A DNA stretch of 64,000 bases from Octopus vulgaris (taxonomy: Eukaryota), in the NCBI GenBank assembly GCA_951406725.2, contig OX597831.1:59272001-59336000 (forward strand). Reading direction: 5' to 3'. Shown here piece by piece: positions 1 through 13,004 of the stretch. The notes under the pieces were generated by a model. It worked only from the letters and a program-made list of their open reading frames with translations, was not told the origin of the DNA and did no database searches. The translations under genes were made by a program, and so were the position numbers. Numbering within the stretch: the stretch's first letter is position 1; each line of letters opens with the position of its first letter.

Positions 1-574
1 CTAAGCAACCGGAAGGATCACGAGATCGATTTCCTGCGGTTCAATTTCTCAAAAAAATTCATTTTTGAAGGAGAGGCGCGATTCTGCATTAGCCCCAATT
101 TTTCGATATACATAAGACAACGTCTTGATCTCATATGTATTTCATCCATGGAACCTGAATTGCTATTTTTCACAAGGATTGTTGTGGTTTCATTACAATG
201 TAGCAAATGCAGCTTCGAAGATAGCAGTTGCTGCTTCGAAGATATTTATTAGCCATTCAAAGAGAACAAAAACCGTTAGATTCACATTCGCATTTAATTT
301 TTAAAGAAAATTGCAGCGTGAAAGATGTTTATAAGCCATTTCAGAACATTTTGAACAATACTTTGACACAAATTATATTTTGAAGTGAATCTATCGCTTT
401 TGTTTGTTTGTTTATTTTTTTTTTATTTTTTTTTATTTTATTTTTTTAGTTTTTAAATGGTTTACAGTCATCCTCCAGGTGCAATTGCTTTTGTTTCAGC
501 ACACGATCTCAGATCAAATCACTTGCTTTGCAAGTACATCTCCGTAATTTAATTTTCATTTATGTCAGAACTGT

Positions 575-1830
575 CGTTGCTCGACCGGTATCATAGACGA
601 ACTTTATCCAGGGCAGACAGCAGCTTACAGACCAGATTTAACTGAAAAAGCATTTAACATGAACCTTAGTGTCACTTGCAAGATATTTTAGGGGAATAAT
701 TTTGGAGGGAGAGGTTACAGGGTACATGTAGACTATAAAGTTTCAAAAGCGTGGACTACCCCATTGTCATATGTTATTCATATTGAAAAATAGATCCAGA
801 ATATTATGATAAATTTTGTTTATGCAGAATATCTAAATCCAAAAACGCCAACCAATTCTGTTTCATTATATCACCCAAAAGCATGCTACGTGGTCCATGT
901 GGAAGATGTAACATGTATGGTTGATGGGAAATGTAAAAAGCATTTCCCTAAAGCCTTTACGAGAAAGTACGTTACGTATTTATAATGGCCACCTACTTTA
1001 CCGACATGAAATATTGGTTTTACAGTTACAAAGTCTAATGTTGGTTTATATAATCGCTCAGTAGTATCCTATTCCCAGCTCCTTTTTAGTCAAATATGGA
1101 GTTCATTATAATGTAGAAATATGTGAACGTGTAAAACCAGTTAAATATATTAGCAAGTATATTCACAAAGGTCATGATCGGACGACAGTCAATATTAGAG
1201 GACAAACTAATGCACGAAATACACGACGAAGATGAAATTGAAAATTATATCAATGGCCGCTATGTATCCTCATAAGACGTAGTCTGGAGGATTTTAGGGT
1301 TCAAAGTACACGGTTTATATCCTGCAGTCTAACAGTTTACAGTTCATTTACCCCAACAGCAATATATTTACTTTAATGATGATGATGATGATATTGAATA
1401 TATTATCCACACATGACAAGTCCACTCTTACTGATTGGATGCGAGTCAACCGGGTATCACCAGTCAATTCATTTGCACGTACATTACACTATACTGATTT
1501 CCCTCAATTTTACAAATGGAATAATAGTGAGAAAATGTGGCATCTCAGGAACATAATACACACTCAATTGAGCATATCTACTTTGTTTCATCAAAGGAAC
1601 AAGAGCTATTCTTTCTGAGAGCTTTACTATATCATACTCCCGGAGCTACATCATTTGAAGATATAAGGACTATTGATGATGTAGTTCGGCATTGATACAA
1701 AGATGCAATGAAACTGGGTTTAGCATATGATGACCGTAAATACTATTGGACTATGAAGTTTGCAAATATTTCAGCTACTCCATATCAGATGTGAAAACTT
1801 TTTCTGTGCCATTCTTAATTGCTGCAATCT
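575..1830 (+). mobile_element. Helitron Rep (HUH rolling-circle initiator) coding remnant, disrupted by stops and frameshifts
   Basis: Manual translation gives Helitron Rep motifs in the expected order: ELYPGQTAAYRPDL (~600), FQKRGLPHCHMLF (741-779, HUH motif), MLRGPCG, CMVDGKCKKHFPKAF, HYNVEIC, VKYISKYIHKGHDR (~1140), DEIENYINGRYVSS*DVVWRILGF, STLTDWM, LHYTDFPQFYKW, ELFFLRALLYHTPGATSFEDIRT. Helicase portion absent. Confidence 0.9.
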
Positions 1831-1946
1831 ATATGTATAATTGTGTATATATATTACACAAATATGGGATACGATTGTAAAATACTCTAATACTCTCTCT
1901 TAAAGGTAGCGTGTTGGCACTAGTATGTGTATATATATATATATGT

Positions 1947-2031
<85 letters not shown>

Positions 2032-2033
2032 TG

Positions 2034-2340
2034 TGAAGCGCAATGGCCCAGTGGTTAGGGCAGCAGACTTACGGTCGTAGGATCGTGGTTTCCATTCCCA
2101 GACCGGGCGTTGTGTGTGTTTATTGAGCGAAAACACCTAAAGCTCCACGAGCTCCGGCAGGGGGGAAGGTGGTGATCTCTGCTGTACTCTTTCGCCACAA
2201 ATTTCTCTCACTCTTTCTTCTGTTGGCCTGCTCGCTTAGCCGGCGGGGTGGCGTCATTTGACGGCTAAAACAATGCAAAGCGCATTGTGACCAGCAATGT
2301 ATAGCAGCATCTGCTAGCCTGGTCGGTTACGGTGGTCACG

Positions 2341-2345
<5 letters not shown>
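2034..2345 (+). mobile_element. tRNA-derived SINE, family A, tail type 1
   Basis: A box TGGCCCAGTGG (2044-2054), B-box-like GGTTTCCATTCCC (2087-2099); first ~185 bp match the minus-strand copy at 24358-24532; ends in short GGTCAC-like repeats; inserted between microsatellites. Confidence 0.85.
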
Positions 2346-2382
<37 letters not shown>

Positions 2383-2989
2383 CTGGCATTATAGCACTAC
2401 ATGATGTTAATGTTGCCAGCCAGTAATTCCTGTTGCTGAATTTCTGATGTCATGAAACACGATATTTAATCTTCATTGTTGATCTGAATGTAAATTGTGA
2501 GCTGCTGACATTGAAACTCATCATCATTCCTTTCAAAATCTAAGATATAGAAACTCTCAGATGAGTCCAGGCCTGCGGGTTTCCTGAGACTCGAATTAAT
2601 GCCGTACGTTCGGTGCATAATGAACTCACTTATTATTGAATTCCATCTACTGCACGACAAAGAATGATGACAGTACACGCTATTGACCCTGGAGAAGACG
2701 AGACAATCGGTCTTCCATTAATTGTTCTGACAAAATGAGACTTCCGTACAATGATTTATTGCGGTCGATGAAACTATATTATGCCATTATTCAGATTTAT
2801 TTCAAGTTTTATTGTCATTAGAGTAAGAGCTGTTTTCTAACCTAGAACCATGGCTCCTTGATTGGAATTTCAACGACATCAACTCGGTATTTTTGTATGT
2901 ATATATGTATACGTGCAGATTGGTGTGTTTTGTTATATATATGTATTTTCTTGCACATACTTGCATACATAGACATGCTCATAAATACT

Positions 2990-3235
2990 TAAAAGCTAAA
3001 CTTGTGGAATGTTTTACAGATTTTTACAATACTGGTGATGGTTTGAAATTGTATTCATCGAATCAGATTTTTCTTTCGGGTTTTGAGAAACCTAATTTTT
3101 CAAGATTGGTAATTAGGCAGTATGTTACATTTCCCAGTGCTGCAATAATAACAGATATAAACCTGAACTCGTAATCTTGGTACAGGAACTGCATATTTCT
3201 CAATTGTTCATCAGCAGTTTGCACTGTTTCATTAG
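2990..3235 (-). mobile_element. 3' fragment of a non-LTR retrotransposon, probably restriction-like-endonuclease (R4/Dong-type) clade
   Basis: ORF 3063..3257 reads LRNMQFLYQDYEFRFISVIIAALGNV..LEKLGF and after a frameshift LIRRIQFQTITSIVKICKTFHKF, resembling the PIIIGALG..LxxLG..VKICK C-terminus of RLE-clade elements (recognised by pattern). Confidence 0.5.
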
Positions 3236-3261
3236 AAAGGAGAATTACAAATGTCAATTAA

Positions 3262-3609
3262 TGCGACTAAAGTGGTAGGAAGCACCTACATTGCTAGAAT
3301 TTAGGGCTAAACCGCTCTAATCCTGTAGTTAAAATACATGCATTAACAGGCAACGTAATCGTCCGAAAAGAGGCGATCGAGACTTTAAATACTACAGGCG
3401 AAGTGAGTCCGGAATGAGTCGAAGTTGAGCTGTCTGATGAGACAACGGAAATTGCCGAAACTCACACGTCAGAATTAAGAATTCTTGATCAGCACATTTC
3501 GGACGATTATCGTCCCCATTAGTGTAGGTTTTCATTGCGTTAGCTACAGCATAAAGAGTGCTTTAGCTCTTATTTCTATTAATGTAGGTGTTCCCTAACA
3601 CTGTAGTTG

Positions 3610-3611
<2 letters not shown>
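3262..3611. repeat. Foldback element: ~120-bp imperfect inverted arms around a ~100-bp spacer
   Basis: Left arm TGCGACTAAAGTGGTAGGAAGCACCTACATT...TAATCGTCCGAAA..GATCGAGA (3262-3382) is the reverse complement of right arm TCTTGATC..TTTCGGACGATTA...AATGTAGGTGTTCCCTAACACTGTAGTTGCA (3483-3611). Confidence 0.85.
3431..3473 (+). ncRNA. Type I hammerhead ribozyme motif (intact core, weakened stems)
   Basis: tgt-CTGATGA(3434-3440)-GACAAC ggaa ATTGCC-GAAA(3457-3460)-C tcacac-GTC(3468-3470)-aga; stem II closed by G-C with two mismatches; stem I has only 2 of 3 pairs. Confidence 0.6.
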
Positions 3612-3683
<72 letters not shown>

Positions 3684-3958
3684 CGTGTGTGTGTATGTAT
3701 GTATGAAATTCCTATCCTTCCACTAAATTAAAAAATTGTTCAAACATCACACCGCCTCTCCTGTGAACCTGGCGCACAGTCAGCTCCCCCCGCGCCCCCC
3801 CAAAAACAGCCCCTTCTGACTGTTTTCAGCGGTTTCCTGTTTTCAATGATGGGATTCCGAATGTGCAAGAAACCAGGTTTTTTGCAATCTTAAACTCAAT
3901 AAGTATTTAGATGCCGTGTATAAAGAGATGTATGTATGTAAGCATGTATGTATGTATG

Positions 3959-3992
<34 letters not shown>

Positions 3993-4852
3993 TGTATGTA
4001 TGTATGTATGCACGTATAAATGTGTATATATATATATATATATATACATATATACATATACATATGTATATTAAACTTTATAACAGTAAATATTAAACGT
4101 ATTAATGTTTGTTTCTCATAACATTGTGTATATTTAATTTCCATTTAATTATTATTTACGATTACTTCAGGCAAGCCAGTAACACGCAAATTCTTTTACC
4201 TTTAATGTATTTGTCTATATTTGATTTCGATTTGCATATGTTCGTCAAATCGCTACGATCTGTTTAAGGTAAACAAAAAAAAAATTTCAAGTGTGCGTGG
4301 GGGTGGGGGCTGAAATTTGGAAAGGTTTTGTTTTTTTCTTCTGCCTATTCGTAACATCCGACATAGAGTAAACTCTATGCAGTAAATATTTCTTAATGTC
4401 TTACATCACAAAAGCAAATAAAATCATATGAATTGATCATGAGATTGATAAGTAAAGTAAACATTTCAAATAGCGTTGACGTTAATTTTTGTCTTCAGGC
4501 ATGCACATAAACATGTACTCCGGTCTGAAAACGTTATAATGTGTATCACTGGGCATGGGTAACAGGACATACAGAGAAACACGTTTTGTATGAAATATAT
4601 TACTAATGATCCGATACATTGGCAGTAACATCTCCAAAGAAAGAATGTTCGAAAATGATAAAGCAGAAGTGCTTGGTCAAAGCTGCTGTGCTTTCTCTGC
4701 GAGTGAATTCTAAATGGCTGAACTATCTAAGAACCAAAGTTTGCCTTTGTACGTCTAATGTCAAGGACAGGTGGAAAAAACAGCAACATTCGTTCAACTA
4801 TATGTTTTTAACATACGTCGCATTTGGACCATGCAAAAACTTTATATATATA

Positions 4853-5210
4853 TTTTTTTTTTTTATGGCTGCCCCCTCGTTATCGAGTATGGCGATTGCA
4901 CGAAGCTTAACTGTTACTGGTGCTGTGATCGAATGTGAATTTTTAGCCCAGCTAAAGATCTACAATGTCTTGTACAGAATTGGCAACGAAAACCTTTACC
5001 AGTAATAGCCGGCTGTAGTTGTAACTGGGCTTCAAGTACCTTTGCATGTCGTTTAAGTCCTGCAGCCGAATTACACTCTCTTCCACATGCCGGACAGATA
5101 TGATTCGTATGGTGTGTTACACCACCACCACCACCAGTGGCCAGGTTATCACTCATCTGTCTCGCTTTATGTCTACGAAGATGACACTTGAGTCCAGCTT
5201 TACTGGACAT
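4853..5210 (-). mobile_element. 3' end of an RTE-like LINE encoding C2H2 zinc fingers, short 3' UTR and poly(A)
   Basis: SSKAGLKCHLRRH / CPACGRECNSAAGLKRHAKV / CQFCTRHCRSLAGLKIHIRSQH* then ~50-nt UTR and an A tract (T tract at ~4853-4864 on +); 5'-truncated against (TA)n. Confidence 0.7.
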
Positions 5211-5223
5211 ATTATATGTATAA

Positions 5224-5282
<59 letters not shown>

Positions 5283-5284
5283 TA

Positions 5285-5354
<70 letters not shown>

Positions 5355-5856
5355 AATACACACAGAATTTAACGTTCGTGTTCGTCGGACAGTTTTGATT
5401 AGAATGGATCGAGATAATGTTATACGCAGAAACGCAATTAATTTGATATATACGTATTTAAAAATGGTTTTGTTTCATTGATCCTTTCAACTAACCGTCT
5501 TTTCAATAACCGGTTGCATGAAATAACAATTTTAGGATTAAAATCATATTATTACGAAAATCGAAGAAAACCTTAGATTTAAAATAGCATACGAAGAAGG
5601 AAAATTGCCTAAATACCCAGTATAAGTAATTAGGGTTAACAGTAACAATACATTAATAAATTAAAACATATATCCGTTTAAAAAAATTCATGCTAAAATA
5701 CATATACATTTAGCAATACATACATATACCAAGCAATACATAATATACATATATACACTAAACATACAGACGTAGGTACATGGCTACATACTTATACAGA
5801 CATATATAGGCAAAATATAAATATATGCAAATGCGTATACATGTACGCACGCACAT

Positions 5857-6165
5857 TCATCATCATCATTGTTCGACCGTGGTCGAGATAATGGAATTTA
5901 CTATGCTACGCCAGACTTCACGGTCCATCATGGCATTACGGAGGTCCTGTTGCTGGATGCCTGTATCCCTGGAGATTACATCAGGGTAGGAGAGTGTGTG
6001 CCCTCTGGTATTGCGAGTAGATGGCTTCCAGAGGAGAAGAGTAGAAATTACCTCTTTTTCAGCTCTACAACAACGTCCAGCAAACTGGACTCTCTTACCT
6101 TTCACACTCAAGCACGCGCACAAAAACCTCCTGGTGTATGCTTATACAAATCAGTTGCTACAGGC
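5857..6165 (-). mobile_element. 3' end of an RTE-clade LINE with (TGA)n tail
   Basis: VKGKRVQFAGRCCRAEKEVISTLLLWKP...SYPDVISRDTG...AMMDREVWRSIV (RTE RxxFAGH..R / DRxxWR motifs), followed directly by TGATGATGATG. Confidence 0.85.
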
Positions 6166-6559
6166 GAAAGAAAGAAAAGGAAAAAATCAAATAACAATTG
6201 GGGAGAGAAAGAGAAGAAGGAAAATAAAAAAGAAAGAAAAAGGGGAAACATATAGAGGTAAAGAGAGTGAAATGATTGGCGTTCGTATAAGTATCTAACC
6301 AAAGTTTGATACTTCGTCCAGCTTGCGAAACGCGCACATATAACAACTCACACATAAAATTAATACAAACAAGCATACAAAAACACACACATACACACAC
6401 ATATCGATACGCATAGAAATATACGAATAAATAGTGCGCATATATAGAAACAAATATGTGCGCACATCGATGCTTATACGAACGCTAATCATTTTCAAGT
6501 GTGTATCTATCAAAATAATTGTATTTCTTCATATAACTTTATACTGCTCCATTCTAAAC

Positions 6560-6605
6560 AAAGCTGTCCGATAAACGGGAACATGAAACTCTGAGTAACA
6601 GCTTT
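6560..6605 (+). ncRNA. Degenerate type I hammerhead ribozyme motif
   Basis: AAAGCTGT-CCGATAA-ACG ggaa CAT-GAAA(6585-6588)-CTCTGA-GTA(6595-6597)-ACAGCTTT: perfect 8-bp stem I, near-palindromic stem III ACTCTGAGT, core differs from CTGATGA by two transitions. Confidence 0.6.
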
Positions 6606-6898
6606 TGTGATATTTGTGCTGCGTTTTAATAAAGCATATTACTCTACTTCTGGTATTGGAGTACTATATAGAATGCATCTGGGTGCAGGCTTAACTGTTG
6701 GGGTGCTTGTCTACCCGTTGTAAACATAAAGACACAAGAAATGTGTCAAGCCCGACAGGAAGCGTTGATGCTTCCTAAGGCTAAATAGCGGTGATGTGTG
6801 ATTCCCTTCATGGGACTGTCACGTTAAGTTGACAGTATACAAATGCTCTATCGTTCCACAACAGCTTATATCTCTCTGCGATATTTAGAAATTTAGTA

Positions 6899-6939
<41 letters not shown>

Positions 6940-6982
6940 GTATGCATATTTATACACTTACTTAATTATATATATACATAGC

Positions 6983-7095
<113 letters not shown>

Positions 7096-8022
7096 CTACA
7101 CTTTTCGTACCAATGCAGTCAATAAAAATAATTACATATTAATATTTATATATATATTATCTAAACAGTAAAAAGAGAATTTAACGTATATCATTCCGTT
7201 ATCATGTGTAGAACGACGTGTGGTTGGGACAATTTGAGCAATAAGACTGAAGTAAGGAGAAGCGAATTCAATAAATATGAATAATTTGGACTTCAGTAAG
7301 TATATCCGAATGAATTTTATCAAACACGTTGATCATTATATCTTTCAAATACCTTCAAAACGGGCAACGCGTTCGACTTGATTTGTGTATAAATTTTTTA
7401 ATGAAATGCTTTCTGCTGTCAAATAAGATTTATTCACAATACTATTAAGATACATCATTTTTCAAGGAAATAGGAAAAAAAAAAAGATCTAGGTACGTAT
7501 GCATGAAACGCAGGCGTTTTAACTACAATACTGTTTTCATTATGAAATTGAAAAATCAGATGTGTATTGCAAATTCATCCTACAAAATACGCTTAGTGTA
7601 CAAGAATGAATTATTTTTTAAGAATAGAAGTAAAACAATAATATTTATGACATGGCTGTGCTTGATATATTATCAGAAACATCACCTTATATATTGGAAA
7701 TATGAAACTATAGCTTTGATAAAAAATATATTGAAAACTAAATGTTAAAAACGAAGAAATTTACAGGAAGATTTATAGCTATTTCTTAAATAAAATAGGT
7801 TTGAACAATGTACAACACTAAAAATCATCCACAATGATAATATTTAAAACGAAATGCAATTATTCTATTGAAATGAATAAAATATGAAAAAAAAACCTTT
7901 TTGTATTAGTGTATGCAGCAACATATATTTTCTCTAGAAATGGAGATTGAATTAGATTAAAGGCGAGTTAGATGTTTCTTTCTTTTGCGATATGCAAATG
8001 TGGGCGACATGCATCATACACA

Positions 8023-8517
<495 letters not shown>

Positions 8518-8589
8518 CTGCCTGACGTCTATCTTTTAGAAAGCCGTGCACCCACTTTCACGTTTTCCGACGATAGCCGAGATTAGGCA

Positions 8590-9350
8590 TTTTGTGACAT
8601 TATCATACAATGGCCAACTTTTACAAAGTCGAGATATATCACATCCAAACTTGAGTCATTTAGCACCTGATCAAACACCGAATCGTAGTGTTGCGAGAGA
8701 TGTGTTAGGCAGCTTGTACCTTGTCGATATCCATGGTGGGTGTCAGTCAGCAAGTAATTTTCTTCAAGGAACGCGATTAGTTTCTTGTGGACTATTCGTT
8801 GCCTGACCTTGTTGATGTGTCAGATAGATAAGTCGATAATTTCTAGCACCTGCGTTGCTTTCTTCCTTATGGATAGGTCATATTATCCCTTCCTTCAGTT
8901 TGTGTGGGAGTTTACCACTTGCACGAAAGCTCTGAAAAAGAAGCTACAGTGGTTTTTCTAGGGATCTTTTGCACGATTTGAGAAAGACTGCTGGGAGTCC
9001 ATCAGGGCCAGCAGTTGAGTGTGTGCCAACCTCATCTATGACCAATGTTACATCTTCTTCAATGCTGATGTAACCAATTTTCGCATCTTTGGTTACAAGT
9101 AAAGCGGCAAAGAATTCTTCTGGTTTGTTCCTTTGCCTGTGCTCCAAAGGTGCAGTGAGCACACTTTGGAACTGTTGGTTCACTATTTCACTTATTCTCA
9201 TGGGGTTTAGTGTGAGGGAGCCAACTTTTTGAAAAAGGGGTCCTATCTTGTGGCATACTGAGGATGTTTCTTTGGAAAAGTTATAGAAATATTTAGGGGC
9301 TCGACCTGATATTCTCTATAACCTAAACTTCCTTATCTGCTCTCTCATTA
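8590..9350 (-). mobile_element. CR1/L2-group LINE ORF2 fragment (RT N-terminal part), decayed
   Basis: TAGPDGLPAVFLKSCKRSLEKPL (ORF 8944..9201), a downstream NYR-like motif and LDVIYLDFVK near 8620-8650. Confidence 0.8.
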
Positions 9351-9589
9351 CCGTGAGATTGATGCAGATTTTTCAGTACATACACACATACATATCTCCA
9401 TATTTATTAAGTTTCAGAATAACTACAGAATGGGTGGTCTTGTGCTCAGTAATCATTCCCAGATTTCCCTTCTAATGTAGTAGCACAATATATATTACAA
9501 ATAAACTGTTAGAATAATCTTTAAATAAAGCCCCAACTGTTTCTTATATGCATATAGTATATATGTAAATATATCCTTTCAAATTCTAT

Positions 9590-9895
9590 TACTTCTTTCA
9601 GTCATTCGACTGCGGCCATGCTAGAGAAACACCTTAACATATTCCTTTATTCTTTTACTTGTTTCACTAATTTGACAGCGGCCATGATGGTGCACCACCT
9701 TTAGTGGAACAAATCATCCCAGGACGTATTCGTTGTAAGCCTTGTACTCATTCTATCGGTCTTTTCTGGCGAACTGCTGAGGTACAAGGACGTAAACGCA
9801 CCAGCATCGATAGTCAAGCGATGGCGGGGCGATAAACCCAGACACACAAACATACACACACCCACACATACACACACAAATACACACTCATACAC

Positions 9896-9900
<5 letters not shown>
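9590..9900 (-). mobile_element. SINE family B, 3' part
   Basis: Matches the reverse complement of the 3' half of 29283-29715 (TTTCAGTCATTCGACTGCGGCCATG...TTCTATCGGTCTTTT..GACGTAAAC..GTCAAGCGATG). Confidence 0.8.
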
Positions 9901-9938
<38 letters not shown>

Positions 9939-10161
9939 GGGGGGTAATAGGGGTATTAGTGTCCAGAAGACCCAAAAGTGTCAGGTAATGCTGAGTAATG
10001 TGCTATGGATATTAAAGTTTATGTTCGATGATGATACGAATGAGTAGTCCAATATAGGTCGTATATTGGTATGCATATATATAAAAATTAACAGAATGAG
10101 ATGGAAAATCCAATGTTGTAAAATTTTTCAGAACATATATATATATATATATATATATAGA

Positions 10162-10211
10162 CGTCTTACAGCTATTTCCGGAATATTTTATACATCCCTT
10201 CATCTGAGACG
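10162..10211 (-). ncRNA. Degenerate type I hammerhead ribozyme motif
   Basis: Minus strand: CGTCT-CAGATGA-A-GGGATGT ataaa ATATTCC-G-GAAA-TAGCT-GTA-AGACG; perfect 5-bp stem I, 7-bp stem II, AGCT palindromic stem III; core U4 changed to A. Confidence 0.6.
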
Positions 10212-10379
10212 GTGCGAGAGAATGTTTAAGTAATAGTTATAATAGAGAAGATATAAAATATAGAGTGAAGTGGGGGAATGAAAATAGACGTGAAGATATG
10301 TAAGGATATTGTATCTACAGTTCCATTATTTAAGCAGAATGGTGTATATATAAGTTTCCTGTACCTTGTCTATGAGTTC

Positions 10380-11950
10380 CAATGGTGTTTAACATTGATC
10401 ATTCCAAGCGGTGGTTGGTATAGCTTTTAATTTCAAACTTGGGAGCTAGAACTTCCAGGATCTTGCATATGTATACCACTGGCTACGATTCTCACCTTCT
10501 TTCCATGGAATCCAGCTTCAAGCGCATCTGTTTCACAAAGTATTCTTTGTATAGTGGCACTGGATTGCCTCAAAGTCCGCCACTAATTTGACGCTCTGTG
10601 GCGACCACTGTTAGGAGCAGTATTCAAGAAGACACAGAACAAATGTCCTCTATAAGAAAAGCAATGTATCCTTATTTTTGGTTCTGAATGATCTAACGAC
10701 CCATCAAGCTACTCACCTCCTCAGTATTGCCATCGTGGTAAAATGCACATTGTATATTGCCGAATTATTCATATGGATTCCCAGATCACGCACCGATTCT
10801 AAATCTAGGATAGCACTGACCCTTGATTTTATGTACTCCGATTGTATTCTGTTTGTGGGGTCGTTTTGCGGTTTTTAGTATATTATGAGGGCACTTGACC
10901 GTCTATGATACACTTGTACAATCAGTGTAGCTGATGAATGTGGCTGGCTGTATGACGAAGGGCATGTCTGAGAGAGCAACTACAAATAGTAATTGTTCCT
11001 GTAAAGTTCGTTGAGAAACTGAACTGCGGATTGATGTCTCTCCAGAAAGAGCACCATTGGCTGCAGTTGCCTGACATCCGTGTTTTAAAAGGTCATGTAG
11101 CTACTCACCCAGTTTTCCAGTGACCCAAGGCCGAGACGTTTGTGATCAATCACCATCCCATAATCAATTTTTGCAAAGTCGAGATATCTGACATCCACAT
11201 TTGAGTGCTTGAGTTGTTGTGGCTATATGAGGCAGCTCTTCTCGGGGCGGAAAAAATGTTGTGTATTTGGGTGCAAGTTATTCTCTTCCAGGAACGTGAT
11301 CAATCTCTTTCTGACAATGTGTTCCATGACCTTGCTAACATGCGAAGTCAGAGACCAAGGCCTGTAATTTTTGCATCTGCTCTTTATCCTCTTTCATGGA
11401 CAATACATCTGATACCCTTGACACCCTTATTTAACATCTTGGCAAGTTTGGTGCAGGCTAAAAACTCTGACGAAGTATTTGAAGAGGTTTTGCAAGCGGA
11501 TTCTGGCATGATTTTAAGAGAGCCACCGAACATCCATTCAGGCCAATTGCTGTATTTGAGCTCATCTCATCGCTGGCAGATATTAAATCGTTCTCTCTTA
11601 TTTTTCCTCTTTAGTCTCGCTTACTAGTCTGTTTCCTAATGGATGTGTGAAAATGCTCTCCATTATTTATTTAGCACTTCACTTGTCTTCTTGAGGCCTG
11701 CAGGTAGCGAGCCGTCTTCTTCAAAGCATGGCCCTTATTGTTTTGTACCGAGGCAGACTCCTTCGCGAACTACTAGAATGTATTAGGATGTATTTTCATA
11801 TTTTCCATTGCCCTGGTTTCTCTTTGTACCGTTTGTTTTCAAGTCAATTTTGATTGATAACCCTTTTTTCAGTTGACTCTCAGTCAGCCTTGTAGAAGTT
11901 CGGACAGGATAGAGTTTGAGTGCCGTCTGTCTGGTATACATCATTAGAAT
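10380..11950 (-). mobile_element. CR1/L2-group LINE ORF2 remnant (RT plus C-terminal region), heavily decayed
   Basis: Minus-strand peptides NVDVRYLDFAK (~11170-11200), SSVSQRTLQEQLLFVVALSDMP (decayed GVPQG..GPLLF), RDLGIHM, LLEYCS*QWSP, LKLDSMERR. Confidence 0.8.
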
Positions 11951-12451
11951 GTTTTGACTACTTGCATATATAGCGACAAAGATTGAGACCAAGCTAAAGA
12001 CACCTCACACAAAGGGATCAATAAGTAAACAATGTCAAGGTATATGGTTAATTACGAAAAGACTTTAAAAAGTAACACAAACTAATTATGAATCTCATGT
12101 ACCTACTACAGATATGTTAAATGATATATTTGCTAAGAAACGTTTGAAGGTAAACTCCGCCAAATATCACATGACTACACATACACAAATAAGCATAGTC
12201 ATATCGACATAATATTGATTGAAAATACATGGATATATAGATATATGTATATATCTATGTACTTGTCTATGTGTGTATATGTGCATACGATTAATATACC
12301 TCAACTTTAGAATAAAAGAAATACACACACAAATATTACATTCCAAAGAATCCATTACAAATCAGCCCCAATCACAGCTATAATCCATAACGTGCCAACT
12401 TCAAGTCACACAATACCTCACTACTTTCACCCATTCATATTCTCCCTTCTC

Positions 12452-12648
12452 TTTCTTCTTCTTCTTCTTCTTCTTCTTCTTCTTCTTCTTCTTCTTCTTC
12501 TTCTTCTTCTTCATCATCATCATTATCTTCATCATCGTCGTCATCATCATCACCATCATCATCATCTTCTTCTTCTCCTTCTCCTTCTTCTTCTTCTTCA
12601 TCATCATCATCATCATCAACATCGTCATCTTCTCCTTCTTCTTCTTCG
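12452..12648. repeat. Compound (CTT)n/(CAT)n trinucleotide microsatellite
   Basis: Read directly; explains the poly-L/H and poly-K/M ORFs. Confidence 0.95.
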
Positions 12649-13004
12649 CCTCCACCTTCTACCTCTTAACTTTATCACTAATGCTTTTTAGTATAACACC
12701 TACGCAAATTCCATAAACAAACCTTTCAATAGAAATATTTCTCCTGAATTGAACTGCAACTGCTAGCCGCCACTGACCGTTAAAAATACGACCATCAAGG
12801 CACTCCCAAATTTTTCCACCCCCTCTCCTCCTCAACCTTCTTCTTCTTCTACCCTACCAAGAATTCACAACGGCCTCGAACACACAAGTGCAAACAAGGG
12901 AGACAGAGAAAGGCAGAATGCCACTTATATTTGAACACTATACAAATATTCCTTTAAAAAAACTTTTCTTTTAATTTTTCTAAATTTAATTATATAAATC
13001 GTTA

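Noticed and set aside
1905-1924. CTAG-T as a possible Helitron 3' terminus
   Set aside because: No convincing subterminal hairpin; the sequence looks more like a decayed SINE family C head.
2553-2610. CAGATGAGTC-CAGG..CCTG-AGACTCGAA hairpin resembling a hammerhead
   Set aside because: Both core halves are imperfect and no stem I or stem III can be formed.
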